Source of the DNA: Planctomycetota bacterium
GTDB taxonomy: Bacteria > Planctomycetota > UBA8742 > JACQVU01
Assembly (NCBI GenBank): GCA_016209585.1
Contig: JACQVU010000180.1
Span: 1-33,344, forward strand
DNA length: 33,344 bases
Direction: 5' to 3'
Position 1 is the stretch's first letter. Every line of letters starts with the position of its first letter. This document shows, piece after piece, positions 1 through 8,222 of the stretch. The notes under the pieces were generated by a model. The model was given only the letters and a program-made list of their open reading frames with translations. It ran no database searches and was not told where the DNA came from. Position numbers and translations under genes: made by a program.

Positions 1-302
1 CGCCGGAGCACGTAGAAGGTCGGCTCCACCACGGAGAAACCGACGAGTTGGGGTTGGAAAGACTCGAGGCGGGCGCGGAAGTCCGCGTCCATGTCCGTCG
101 GCTCATAGACCACCGGGCAGGGCTGGAACTGCAGCGCCTCCATGCGGGTCTCCATGGCGCTCTTGAATCCGTGGTCATAGAAGGTGCTGTGGAAGAGGCG
201 CACGTCGTGCCCCGCCGCCCGGAGACAGGTGATGAGTTGGGAAAGCCCCATGGGCAGGGCGTTCTCCTGCGGGGCGTTGCAGTACACCAAGAGAATACGC
301 AT
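1..302 (-). CDS. B12-binding-domain radical SAM protein, N-terminal fragment (the gene continues past the left edge)
   Basis: Absent from the ORF track because no stop lies in the window. The reverse complement from ATG (302..300) reads MRILLVYCNAPQENALPMGLSQLITCLRAAGHDVRLFHSTFYDHGFKSAMETRMEALQFQPCPVVYEPTDMDADFRARLESFQPQLVGFSVVEPTFYVLR. The layout (short first strand, PMGL, AGHDV, LVGFS) matches the cobalamin-binding Rossmann domains that precede class B radical SAM cores. Confidence 0.55.
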   Translation of the reverse strand, partial: MRILLVYCNAPQENALPMGLSQLITCLRAAGHDVRLFHSTFYDHGFKSAMETRMEALQFQPCPVVYEPTDMDADFRARLESFQPQLVGFSVVEPTFYVLR

Positions 303-470
303 GGGCCGCGGTTCCCCCCCCCGCGTTGTGTGCCAGCCGCGCAGCCACCACGTCCCGGGCGCGGGGTGCGCACCGTGCGCCACCGTTGGCGGCTGGTCCA
401 ATTCCGATCTGGCGCGCGGCGCGCACCCTATCTTCCTCTGCGTTACTCTCACGTCAACTCCCCGAACACG

Positions 471-501
471 GATGGGACCGATGGGACGGATAGGACCGAT
501 C
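471..501. repeat. Tandem 9-bp microrepeat GATGGGACC GATGGGACG GATAGGACC GATC
   Basis: Read directly from the sequence. About 3.4 consecutive 9-mers with 1-2 mismatches lie in the 247-bp gap between the GT-C stop (550) and the radical SAM start (302). Confidence 0.6.
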
Positions 502-549
502 TCCCGCGGGCGACATCGGGATGAAGTCCAGCCGGCTTCCGCCGCCCCG

Positions 550-2178
550 CTACGGTCGCAACTCCAGCACCAGCAAGTGCTTCTCATCCACCACCGCGCG
601 GTGGCGGGCAAGAAGCGACCGCAGCAGCGCGGCCGTCAGGTGGCTCCGCTCCGGCCGCGCGTCGTCGGGCGTGCGGTGGGTCAGCACGAACCAGCGCGCG
701 CCGTCGTCCCGCCGCCGCTTCTCAAGCCAGTCCAGGAATACGGCCTCATGCTCCGGTTTCACGAACCAGTCCCGCGCCGGGGTCCATCCGGGGCGCTTAG
801 AAAGGTAGAGCAACTCCGGCCCGCCCAGGCTGTAGACCACCACCGGCTCGCCAGGCGCCGCGCGCGACGCGATCTCGCGGGCGGCGCGCAGCGCGATCTC
901 GTCCTTGGCGTCACGCTTCGGGCCAAGGCGCCGGTAGACGGCCGCCAGCGACGTGGCCGCCACGGCCAGCGAGAGCATGATCGCGGCGAAACGAAAGAGG
1001 GTGCGCACGTCCCCCGGCCCGCCGCGCGGCGGCCAGAGCGGCGCCGAGAGGCAGCGCGCCGCGAACATCGCCGCCGGCAGCGCCGCCGGCAGGCCGTAAT
1101 AGTGATGCGCCTTGAACCCCTCGCCGAGAATGGCGAACGCCGCCAACCACGCCGCCAGCCAGATGAAGACAAACCGATACCGGCGGTCCGCCACGGAGAA
1201 GAGCGCGCCGAGCGCGAACAGCACGCCGGCGGGAACCCCCAGAAGCCAGATGAAGCAGGTCTCGCCGAGGCGCTGGTAGAAGAGCGGGTCGATCAGCACC
1301 GCGGCGGAGGCCATCTTCCCCGCCCCGCCCAGAATAGGCCCGCCCATGGAGTGGCCGGTCTCTTCACCGACGCGGCTGATGTGAAGAAGCCACGCCGCCA
1401 TCGGCGCGACAGCCAACAGCGATGCCGCGAGCACGCGGCGATGTCGCAGCAGGCGCACCATCCCGCGGACGCCGCCGCTTCCCGCCGCCAGGTGCCACGC
1501 CGGCAGCGCCAGGCAGAGCGCCGGCGGCTTCACCAGAAAGGCCGCCGCCCCGAAGGCGGCCGAGGCGGCGAGCCAGCGGCCGTCGCCCCGGCGCTCGCCG
1601 CCGGCCGTTCGGCTCCGGCCGAAGCGTTCGGCCGCCCAGAGCATGCCGGTGGAGAAGAAAAGCATCGCCGGCTCGGGCATGGCGGCGCGGGAATAGAGGA
1701 AGGGGTTCTCCGCCACCGCGAGAAGGAAGACCGTCCACAGCGCCGTGCGGCGGGAGAGGCGCGCGGCCGCGAGGTCGGCGACCAGCAGCAGCGTGCCGCC
1801 GGTGAACAGGATGGAGACCACGCGCGACGCGGCGTCGGACCATCCGCCGGAGAGGGTGGCGGCCAGGGCGCAGAGGGCGTTGTAGAGGGGGAACTCAGTG
1901 TCGCCGACGCGGGGGTCTTCGCGGCCCCCCAGCGGGATTTCGGGCGCGAAGATGGAAGCGCCGTGCGCGTACATCCGGTAACTGACGTAGGCCGTGAAGG
2001 CTTGCCGCCATTCGGCCACTTCCAGCAACGGCCGGTCCACGCGCCAGAGGCGCAGGAGCAGGGCGACCAGCACCAGGCCGAGCAGCGCCCGGCGGTAGAA
2101 CGCGGGCGAGAGGTCGGGCGCGCGCGCCCAGGGCCGGGCCGGCCGCGGGGCGATGATGCGGGTGGTCTTGAGGCTCAC
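550..2178 (-). CDS. Integral-membrane GT-C fold glycosyltransferase (PMT_2/ArnT-like, polyprenyl-phosphate-sugar dependent)
   Basis: Lies in minus ORF 550..2550. I place the start at GTG 2178 (VSLKTTRII...), which overlaps the upstream stop by 4 nt (GTGA). It has many hydrophobic helices: LLGLVLVALLLRLW, VVSILFTGGTLLLVADL, ALWTVFLLAVA, MLFFSTGMLWAA, FIWLLGVPAGVLFALGALF, FVFIWLAAWLAAFAIL, AIMLSLAVAATSLAAV. The first-loop acidic/aromatic stretch EVAEWRQAFTAYVSYRMY and the EFPLYNALCALAA motif are typical of PMT_2/ArnT-type enzymes. A soluble C-terminal tail is present. Confidence 0.72.
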   Translation of the reverse strand: MSLKTTRIIAPRPARPWARAPDLSPAFYRRALLGLVLVALLLRLWRVDRPLLEVAEWRQAFTAYVSYRMYAHGASIFAPEIPLGGREDPRVGDTEFPLYNALCALAATLSGGWSDAASRVVSILFTGGTLLLVADLAAARLSRRTALWTVFLLAVAENPFLYSRAAMPEPAMLFFSTGMLWAAERFGRSRTAGGERRGDGRWLAASAAFGAAAFLVKPPALCLALPAWHLAAGSGGVRGMVRLLRHRRVLAASLLAVAPMAAWLLHISRVGEETGHSMGGPILGGAGKMASAAVLIDPLFYQRLGETCFIWLLGVPAGVLFALGALFSVADRRYRFVFIWLAAWLAAFAILGEGFKAHHYYGLPAALPAAMFAARCLSAPLWPPRGGPGDVRTLFRFAAIMLSLAVAATSLAAVYRRLGPKRDAKDEIALRAAREIASRAAPGEPVVVYSLGGPELLYLSKRPGWTPARDWFVKPEHEAVFLDWLEKRRRDDGARWFVLTHRTPDDARPERSHLTAALLRSLLARHRAVVDEKHLLVLELRP

Positions 2179-2948
2179 CGCCCGCCCCCCCGCGGCGGCG
2201 CGGCGCCCGCGGCGACGGCCGGCGCTGGGCGGGAGTAGAGGAGGTCGGTGAGGAAGAGGTTCCAGAGCAACCCCGCCGCCTCGACGACGATGGCGGGCGA
2301 GAACTTCGACTTCCCGGCGCGGCGCTCGCGGAAGACGATGGGCGCTTCCACCGGGACGGCGCCGGCGCGCAGCAGGCGCCAGGCGATCTCCACCTGGTAG
2401 CCGTAGCCGGAGGTTTCCATGGCGCCGAGATCGACCAGGCGCAGCAGGCCGGCGCGGATGTACTTGAAGCCGCTGGTCCAGTCGGTGATCTCGGCGCCCA
2501 GCAGCGCGCGGGCGGCGGTGTTGGCCAGGGCCGAGAGCGCGCGACGCCACCAGGGCCAGTCGGGGGTGGCGCCGCCCGGAGCGTAGCGCGAGCCGATGAC
2601 CAGCGGCGCCACGCGGCCCAGGTCGAGCAGCGTCCGCGCCACGGCCGGGTCGTGCGAGAAGTCGCAGTCCATGGTGAGGAAGCCCTCGTAGCCCAGCGGC
2701 AGGCCGGCCCGGAAGCCGGCCACGTAGGCCCGTCCCAGCCCCTCTTTCGCGGGCCGATGCAACACCTTGATTCGGGGATCGCGGGCGGCCCAGGAATCGG
2801 CGATGGCTCCCGTGCCGTCCGGCGAGGCGTCATCGATGCACAGAATGTCGGCCTCCGTGCCGGCCAGCAGCGCCGCGAGCATGGCCGGCAGGTTCTCGGC
2901 CTCGTTGTAGGTGGGCAGGAGGATGAGGTGCTTGCCCGCGGCCGTCAT
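2175..2948 (-). CDS. Polyprenol-phosphate mannosyl/glycosyl transferase, GT2 family (Ppm1/Dpm1/ArnC-like)
   Basis: Internal ATG at 2948 (MTAAGKHLILLPTYNEAENL...) overlaps the upstream stop (ATGA). Motifs seen are LPTYNEAENL, IDDASPDGTG, MDCDFSHDP (DxD) and IGSRY, followed by C-terminal amphipathic/hydrophobic segments. The part of the ORF upstream of 2948 is Arg-rich and overlaps the VWA gene. Confidence 0.85.
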   Translation of the reverse strand: MTAAGKHLILLPTYNEAENLPAMLAALLAGTEADILCIDDASPDGTGAIADSWAARDPRIKVLHRPAKEGLGRAYVAGFRAGLPLGYEGFLTMDCDFSHDPAVARTLLDLGRVAPLVIGSRYAPGGATPDWPWWRRALSALANTAARALLGAEITDWTSGFKYIRAGLLRLVDLGAMETSGYGYQVEIAWRLLRAGAVPVEAPIVFRERRAGKSKFSPAIVVEAAGLLWNLFLTDLLYSRPAPAVAAGAAPPRGGGR

Positions 2949-4162
2949 CGCGCCGCCCCCGGCAGCCCGGCGGGATGCTGCGGGCGGGCTTTCAGCGCGC
3001 GAACGGCGGCGTCGATCCCCTCCAGCGTCAGTTCGAACATGGGGAAGACGTTGCCGATGGCCGCGACGGTGTAGTGATCCCAGTAGCGGGCCGGGTCGGG
3101 GTTGATCCAGGCCGCGCACTCGAAGTGGCGGCGCAACCGCTTGAGCCACTCAATGCCCGGGGTGCGGTTGTTCTCCCAGTAGTCAATGGCCCCGCCGGGC
3201 GAAGTCAGTTCGGTGTGCGCCATGCAGGCGTCGCCCACCAGCGCCAGTTTCACGTCGCGGTCGTTGTTCCGCAGAAGGTCGGCGGTGCGCACCCGCTGGC
3301 CGCGCTCGATGTCCGGGTAGACGTGGTCGTAGACACAGTTGTGGAAGTAGAAGTGCTGAAACGACTTGAAGTGCCGCGAGGAGTGCGCCGCCGAGAACAA
3401 CAGGCTCACCAGCCGCGTGTGAGGGGTCATCGAGCCGCCGGCGTCCATCAAGAGCAGCAGTTTCACGGTGTTGCGGCGAGATCGCTCGAACCGGATGTCG
3501 ATCTCCCCGCCGTTGCGGCACGTGCCGTCGATGGTGCCGGGCAGGTCCAACTCTTCTTCTCCTTCCCGCGCCAGGTTGCGCAGCGCGCGCAGCGCGAGCC
3601 GGATCTGCCGCGTGTCGAGCGTGATGTCGGCGCGGTAGTTCCGGAACCGCCGCTCCGCCGCCACCTTGACGGCGGAGCGGCTCATGGACTGCCCGCCCAC
3701 GCGAATGCCGGCCGGGTGCTCGCCGTACGCCCCGAAGGGCGAGCGCCCCCGCGTGCCCACCCACCGGTCGCCGCCGTCGTGCCGCTCGGTCTGCTCTTTC
3801 AACCGCTTCTCGAACAACTCGCGCAGGCGGTCGAAGTCCACCTGGTCGGGAAAGAGCCTCCGCAGACGCTCGTGGTCCAGGTCGAGCAGCCGGATGAGGT
3901 TGGCGGGGTCTTGCAGCCACTCCCAGAACTGCTCTTTGATCTCGGCCGGCGCTTCCACGCCCTCGAAGTGCTCGGCGAACGCCAGATCGAAGTGGTCGAA
4001 CAGCGCCTCGCTCTTCACCAGCAGCGCCCGTGTCAACTGGTAGAAGTGCGCCAGCGACGCCGTTCCCAGCCCGCGGCTGAGCGCGTCCTGCAACGCCAGC
4101 CACTCCGTCGGCGACACCCGCACGCCGTGGCGGCGGAGCGTGTAGAAGAAGTCGAGGAACAT
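2945..4162 (-). CDS. CoxE-like von Willebrand factor A (VWA) domain protein
   Basis: 405-aa ORF. It begins MFLDFFYTLRRHGVRVSPTEWLALQDAL..., contains ...RRFRNYRADITLD..., and carries the VWA/MIDAS strand KLLLLMDAGGSM with later LALVGDACM. This is the usual CoxE/COG3552-type layout. Confidence 0.8.
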   Translation of the reverse strand: MFLDFFYTLRRHGVRVSPTEWLALQDALSRGLGTASLAHFYQLTRALLVKSEALFDHFDLAFAEHFEGVEAPAEIKEQFWEWLQDPANLIRLLDLDHERLRRLFPDQVDFDRLRELFEKRLKEQTERHDGGDRWVGTRGRSPFGAYGEHPAGIRVGGQSMSRSAVKVAAERRFRNYRADITLDTRQIRLALRALRNLAREGEEELDLPGTIDGTCRNGGEIDIRFERSRRNTVKLLLLMDAGGSMTPHTRLVSLLFSAAHSSRHFKSFQHFYFHNCVYDHVYPDIERGQRVRTADLLRNNDRDVKLALVGDACMAHTELTSPGGAIDYWENNRTPGIEWLKRLRRHFECAAWINPDPARYWDHYTVAAIGNVFPMFELTLEGIDAAVRALKARPQHPAGLPGAAR

Positions 4163-4178
4163 CGGCGGGACGCTGACG

Positions 4179-4541
4179 CTACCCGCGCACCGTCTTCTCG
4201 ATGGCGTTCTTCGCGGCGCAGAAGACGATCTTCGGATGGTGCTGGCGGGCCTCCTCCTCCGTCATCAGCGCGAAGGAGATCACGATCAGTTGATCGCCCG
4301 GTGTCGCCAGGCGGGCGGCGGCGCCGTTGAGACAGACCTGCCCGCCGCCCGGTGTTCCGGGGAAGGTGTAGGTCTCGAAGCGCGCGCCGGTGTTCTTGTT
4401 CACCACCAGCACTTTCTCGCCGGGCAGGATGTCGGAGGCCTCCAGCAGATTGGTGTCGATGGTGATCGACCCGGTGTAGTGCAGGTTGGCCTCGGTGACC
4501 ACCGCGTTGTGGATCTTCGACTTGAACATCTCACGCATCAT
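4179..4541 (-). CDS. panD: Aspartate 1-decarboxylase proenzyme
   Basis: MMREMFKSKIHNAVVTEANLHYTGSITID... aligns along its length with E. coli PanD ([29 protein letters not shown]), including the Gly24-Ser25 self-cleavage site. A GGAGG Shine-Dalgarno lies 6 nt upstream of ATG 4541. Confidence 0.95.
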   Translation of the reverse strand: MMREMFKSKIHNAVVTEANLHYTGSITIDTNLLEASDILPGEKVLVVNKNTGARFETYTFPGTPGGGQVCLNGAAARLATPGDQLIVISFALMTEEEARQHHPKIVFCAAKNAIEKTVRG

Positions 4542-5397
4542 ACGGAACCTCCCCCGCGCCCGGGCTGAGGCAGGCGTTGTCGATGAGCCGCGTGGCGCCG
4601 AAGCGCGCGGCGACCGCCAGCAGGGCTTTCCTTTCGATGCTGGGCGCCTCCCTCAGGGTGTCCACGTTCACCAGTTGCACGTAGTCAATGCGTGCCGTTT
4701 CACTTGATTCTATGACCCCCCGGACCGCCCGGCAAATGGTTTCGGAAGAACGTTCGCCCTCCCGCGCCAGGGCCGCGCCGGCCAGCAGCGCGCGCCGGAG
4801 CACGGGAGCGGCGGCGCGCTCGGCCGGCGTCAGGTAGACGTTGCGGGAACTCATCGCCAAGCCGTCCGCTTCGCGCACGATGGGCATCACCCGCACCGTC
4901 ACGGGAAAGCACTGGTCGGCCACCATGCGCGCGATGATGGTCGCCTGCTGCGCGTCCTTCTGCCCGAAGTAGGCGGCGCACGGCCCGACGACGTGGAAGA
5001 GTTTCGCCACCACGGTGGTGACGCCGTCGAAGTGGCCGGGGCGCGACCTGCCGCACAATGTGTCTTGCAGGCCGGCCACCGAGACGGTGGTCGCGTACCC
5101 CGGCGGGTACATCTCCTCCACCGTGGGCGCGAAGAGCGCGTCAATGGGCACGGTGGCGCAGAGATCCCGGTCGCGCGCCAGCGGACGCGGGTACTTCTCG
5201 AAGTCCTCATGGGGGCCGAACTGGCGCGGGTTCACGAAGATGCTCGCCACCACGAAGTCGTTCTCCGCCCGCGCCGCGCGCATGAGCGAAAGGTGCCCCG
5301 CATGCAGCGCGCCCATGGTGGGAACGAAACCGACGCGCCCGCAGCCTCTGACGGCGGCGCGGACCTCGGCGATGGCGCGGAAAAGGAAGAGAGGCAT
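4531..5397 (-). CDS. panC: Pantoate--beta-alanine ligase
   Basis: Motifs VPTMGALHAGHLSL (HxGH), VASIFVNPRQFGPHEDF..YPR, GHFDGVTTVV.KLF and YFGQKDAQQ. I prefer ATG 5397 (MPLFLFRAI...) over 5454. The 3' end overlaps the panD start by 11 nt. Confidence 0.92.
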   Translation of the reverse strand: MPLFLFRAIAEVRAAVRGCGRVGFVPTMGALHAGHLSLMRAARAENDFVVASIFVNPRQFGPHEDFEKYPRPLARDRDLCATVPIDALFAPTVEEMYPPGYATTVSVAGLQDTLCGRSRPGHFDGVTTVVAKLFHVVGPCAAYFGQKDAQQATIIARMVADQCFPVTVRVMPIVREADGLAMSSRNVYLTPAERAAAPVLRRALLAGAALAREGERSSETICRAVRGVIESSETARIDYVQLVNVDTLREAPSIERKALLAVAARFGATRLIDNACLSPGAGEVPYDA

Positions 5398-5628
5398 GCG
5401 CGGAGGGCAGTGTACACCGAACGACGTGATGGCGATCATCGGATACGATATCATTCGGTGTCGGGCTTGGCGCGCATGCGCGTTCGGGTGTTCGGGTTCG
5501 GGGCTTTAGGGACACGGGAGCGCCCCTCCTTTCCCCCGAATTCCGCGGGGAATAGCGGATCCATGCACCGGCTGGCCGTTTTCACGGATAGGATGATGAG
5601 AGCGTTCAAGGGGTCCGGGTCTTCATCA

Positions 5629-7620
5629 ATGCCTATTCGCGCTCGGCCTTCCTTCCCATTGGCGCTGGTCGCCGGCGTGGCCTTGGCGGTCAGCCTCGTG
5701 GCGGGGCGCGCCCGGGCGGAGGAGATCGACCCGCCGGGCCGGCGGGTGTATGACGCCGCGGCGCCGCGGGTGGTGGTGGTGAAGGGGCCGACCCAACTGG
5801 GCGCCGGCATGGTCGTGGATCGCCGCGGGTTGATCCTCACCTGCCAGCATGTGATCCGCGCGCAACCCGGCGTGCAGGTGAAGTTCTGGCGGGATCGCGC
5901 CGCCGAGGGCGACGGCGGCTGGCACGCCGCCACGGTGGTGGCGGAGGACGAGCGGCGCGACTTGGCGCTCCTGTCGGCGGCTGACCCTCCGGCGGACCTC
6001 ACGGAACTGGTGTTCGGCGATTCGTCGCGCCTGTTCGTGCCGCAGGTGGTCTATGCCGTCGGCCACCCGCTGGGCAAGAGCCGGTGGAACCTGGCGGCGA
6101 CGTTCGTGAGTTCGCTGATCGTCGACTTTCCCGACACGTTCGCCATCGACCGGAAACTGGAGCACGGCTACTCCGGCGGTCCGCTGCTCTCGGAGCGTGG
6201 CGAGGTGGTGGGGGTGAACTCGTTCGTTCTGGCCGAGGCGCGGAGCACCTCCTACGCGCGCAGCGGCAACTCGGCGCGGGAGTTCGTGGCCGACTACCTG
6301 CGCGGTCTCAACCAGCGCCTGGGGAAACCGCGGCGCAACGGAGAGGGGTTCGAGATCCAGGCGCCCGCCGGCTGGGCCGAAGGAACCACCGGTCGCGTGG
6401 AGGTGGCTGAGGCCGGCCGGCAGGTGTTGTTCGCCCATTACGACCACACGGTGACGCCGCCGGTCAGCACGCTGACGGTGGAGGCGGCGCGCAAGAAGGC
6501 CGACGATCCCGTGGGGCTGGTGGCCGACGTTGAACAGGAGTTCTTCATCGCCCGCCTGCCCGGTTCACGGGTGGAGGTGCGCGACGACTTCGTGCTGCGC
6601 GGCCGGTCGGCGGTGGCGCTGCTGGGGGGCTACGACGGACCGGAGGGGCAGGGCCGGCGCAAGTTCCTGCGGGTGATCATCGATCTCGGCGACCGCGCGC
6701 ACGTCATCGCCTACGAGGCGCCGGCCGCGGTCTTCGACGACTTGTACAACGTGTTCCAGGACTCGGTGTACTCCTATCGCTGGCCGCAGGGGTCGCTGGA
6801 TTTCGCGACGCCGCGCGGGGCCGTTGATTGCCTGGTGCGCTACGCCGTGGAGGGCGACCGCGAGGCCTGGCTTTCCTGCTGGGACGTCGACGCCGCCGTT
6901 CGCCAGGCCGCGAAGGAAGAGAACATCGGCGCCTGGTCGGCCGAGGTCTGGGAGCAGCGCCGGCGCCTGGCGCGGGACGCGCTGCTCACCACGGCGTTCG
7001 AGCCGAACCGCGAGGCCGCGCGGCGCGGCGCGTTCCGCATCGGCGCCGTGGTCACCACCAAGGAGGAGGAGTCGGCCTGGGCCGAGGTCTTTCGCGCCGA
7101 CTCCGACCAGGAAGAGACCCCCATCCGTTTCGATTTGGTCCAGGGGAAGCAGGGGTGGCGCGTGGTGAACGCGGCCGAGGGACGCCGCGCCAAGCGCCAG
7201 GAATTCCGCACCGACAAGCCGGAACGGACGTTTGAGAGCCTCCTGGCCGCGCTCGCCGCCCACAACACGGAAGGCGCCGTGGCCTGCTTCCACCTGCCGG
7301 GCGTGGCGGCGCGCCGTCTCACGGCGCGCGGCGAACCGGCGACGCCCGAAGCCGTGGCGAAGGAAGAATCCCCGGCCGGACAGGACCTGCGCGCCACGCT
7401 CCTGCCCCGCGTCGCCGCCCTGCTGCCCTCGCGGTTGGAGCCGCTGGCGCCGGGCGGGAAGGGGGAGGCGGCGGGCGACGAGACGCGCCTCAGGTACGCC
7501 GTCGGCGCGCCGGGCGGCGAGCAAGGCGCGCCCGCCGGCGATGGTCGGGGGCCGGCGATGGAGGTCTGTTTCGCGCGCGTCGACGGCTCCTGGAAGATTG
7601 TTGAAGTCCGGTTCCCGTGA
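5629..7620 (+). CDS. Secreted trypsin-like (S1/HtrA-fold) serine protease with a long C-terminal extension
   Basis: A signal peptide MPIRARPSFPLALVAGVALAVSLVAGRARA-EE starts at ATG 5629. In-frame alternatives exist at 5476, 5563 and 5593. The catalytic triad context is LTCQHVI (His), RRDLALL (Asp) and EHGYSGGPLL (Ser). About 450 residues downstream include two NTF2/SnoaL-like-looking modules. The ORF-track start at 4993 is antisense to panC and is rejected. Confidence 0.75.
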   Translation: MPIRARPSFPLALVAGVALAVSLVAGRARAEEIDPPGRRVYDAAAPRVVVVKGPTQLGAGMVVDRRGLILTCQHVIRAQPGVQVKFWRDRAAEGDGGWHAATVVAEDERRDLALLSAADPPADLTELVFGDSSRLFVPQVVYAVGHPLGKSRWNLAATFVSSLIVDFPDTFAIDRKLEHGYSGGPLLSERGEVVGVNSFVLAEARSTSYARSGNSAREFVADYLRGLNQRLGKPRRNGEGFEIQAPAGWAEGTTGRVEVAEAGRQVLFAHYDHTVTPPVSTLTVEAARKKADDPVGLVADVEQEFFIARLPGSRVEVRDDFVLRGRSAVALLGGYDGPEGQGRRKFLRVIIDLGDRAHVIAYEAPAAVFDDLYNVFQDSVYSYRWPQGSLDFATPRGAVDCLVRYAVEGDREAWLSCWDVDAAVRQAAKEENIGAWSAEVWEQRRRLARDALLTTAFEPNREAARRGAFRIGAVVTTKEEESAWAEVFRADSDQEETPIRFDLVQGKQGWRVVNAAEGRRAKRQEFRTDKPERTFESLLAALAAHNTEGAVACFHLPGVAARRLTARGEPATPEAVAKEESPAGQDLRATLLPRVAALLPSRLEPLAPGGKGEAAGDETRLRYAVGAPGGEQGAPAGDGRGPAMEVCFARVDGSWKIVEVRFP

Positions 7621-7627
7621 GGGTGAT

Positions 7628-8182
7628 ATGGACACCGCCAAGATCGAGCGCGCGGTACGGATGATCCTCGAGGCGGTGGGAGAGGACCCGCAGCGGGAAG
7701 GATTGAAGGAGACGCCGCGGCGCGTGGCGAAGATGTACGAGGAGGTGTTCTCCGGTCTCGGCGCGGACGTCAACCGCCACTTCGAGGCCGTGTTCGCCGA
7801 GCCGTACGACGAAATGGTGATCCTCCGCGACATCCCCTTCCAGTCCTTCTGCGAGCACCACCTGTTGCCCTTCATCGGCCGGGCGCACGTGGCCTACGTG
7901 CCCCAGGGGCGGGTGATCGGCATCTCCAAACTGGCGCGCATCGTGCAGCATTTCGCCCGCCGGCCGCAGGTGCAGGAACGCCTCACCGACCAGGTGGCGA
8001 ACATCATCATGGAGAAACTGGAGCCTCGCGGCGTGGCCGTGGTCATGACGGCGGAGCATACCTGCATGACGCTCCGCGGCGTCAGGACTCCCGGTTGCAC
8101 CATGACCACCTCGTCGGTGCGGGGCATCTTCAAGGAGAATCTTGCCACGCGCGCCGAGGTCATGTCGCTCCTGCAACATTGA
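7628..8182 (+). CDS. folE: GTP cyclohydrolase I
   Basis: Starts at internal ATG 7628 of ORF 7232..8182. The sequence MDTAKIERAVRMILEAVGEDPQREGLKETPRRVAKMY...FQSFCEHHLLPF.G.AHVAY.P...V.G.SK.ARIV..FARRPQVQERLT...TAEHTCM..RGV is a near-textbook FolE. Confidence 0.95.
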   Translation: MDTAKIERAVRMILEAVGEDPQREGLKETPRRVAKMYEEVFSGLGADVNRHFEAVFAEPYDEMVILRDIPFQSFCEHHLLPFIGRAHVAYVPQGRVIGISKLARIVQHFARRPQVQERLTDQVANIIMEKLEPRGVAVVMTAEHTCMTLRGVRTPGCTMTTSSVRGIFKENLATRAEVMSLLQH

Positions 8183-8222
8183 CCGGCGGAGTGATCGCGC
8201 GGAGATTCCAAAAAAGCCCGCC

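Noticed and set aside
184-2238. 684-aa plus-strand ORF (and 48..524, 521..808)
   Set aside because: It is antisense to the GT-C membrane glycosyltransferase and the truncated radical SAM gene. Its composition is Arg/Gly/Ala/Pro/Gln-dominated and it has no motifs.
2975-4330. 451-aa plus-strand ORF
   Set aside because: It is antisense to the CoxE-like VWA gene and panD, both of which have strong family motifs. Its translation is low-complexity and Arg/Val/Ala-rich.
4993-5628. N-terminal 212 codons of the 875-aa protease ORF
   Set aside because: This part is antisense to panC and Arg/Gly-rich. A good signal peptide begins at ATG 5629, so the real gene most likely starts there or at 5563/5593.
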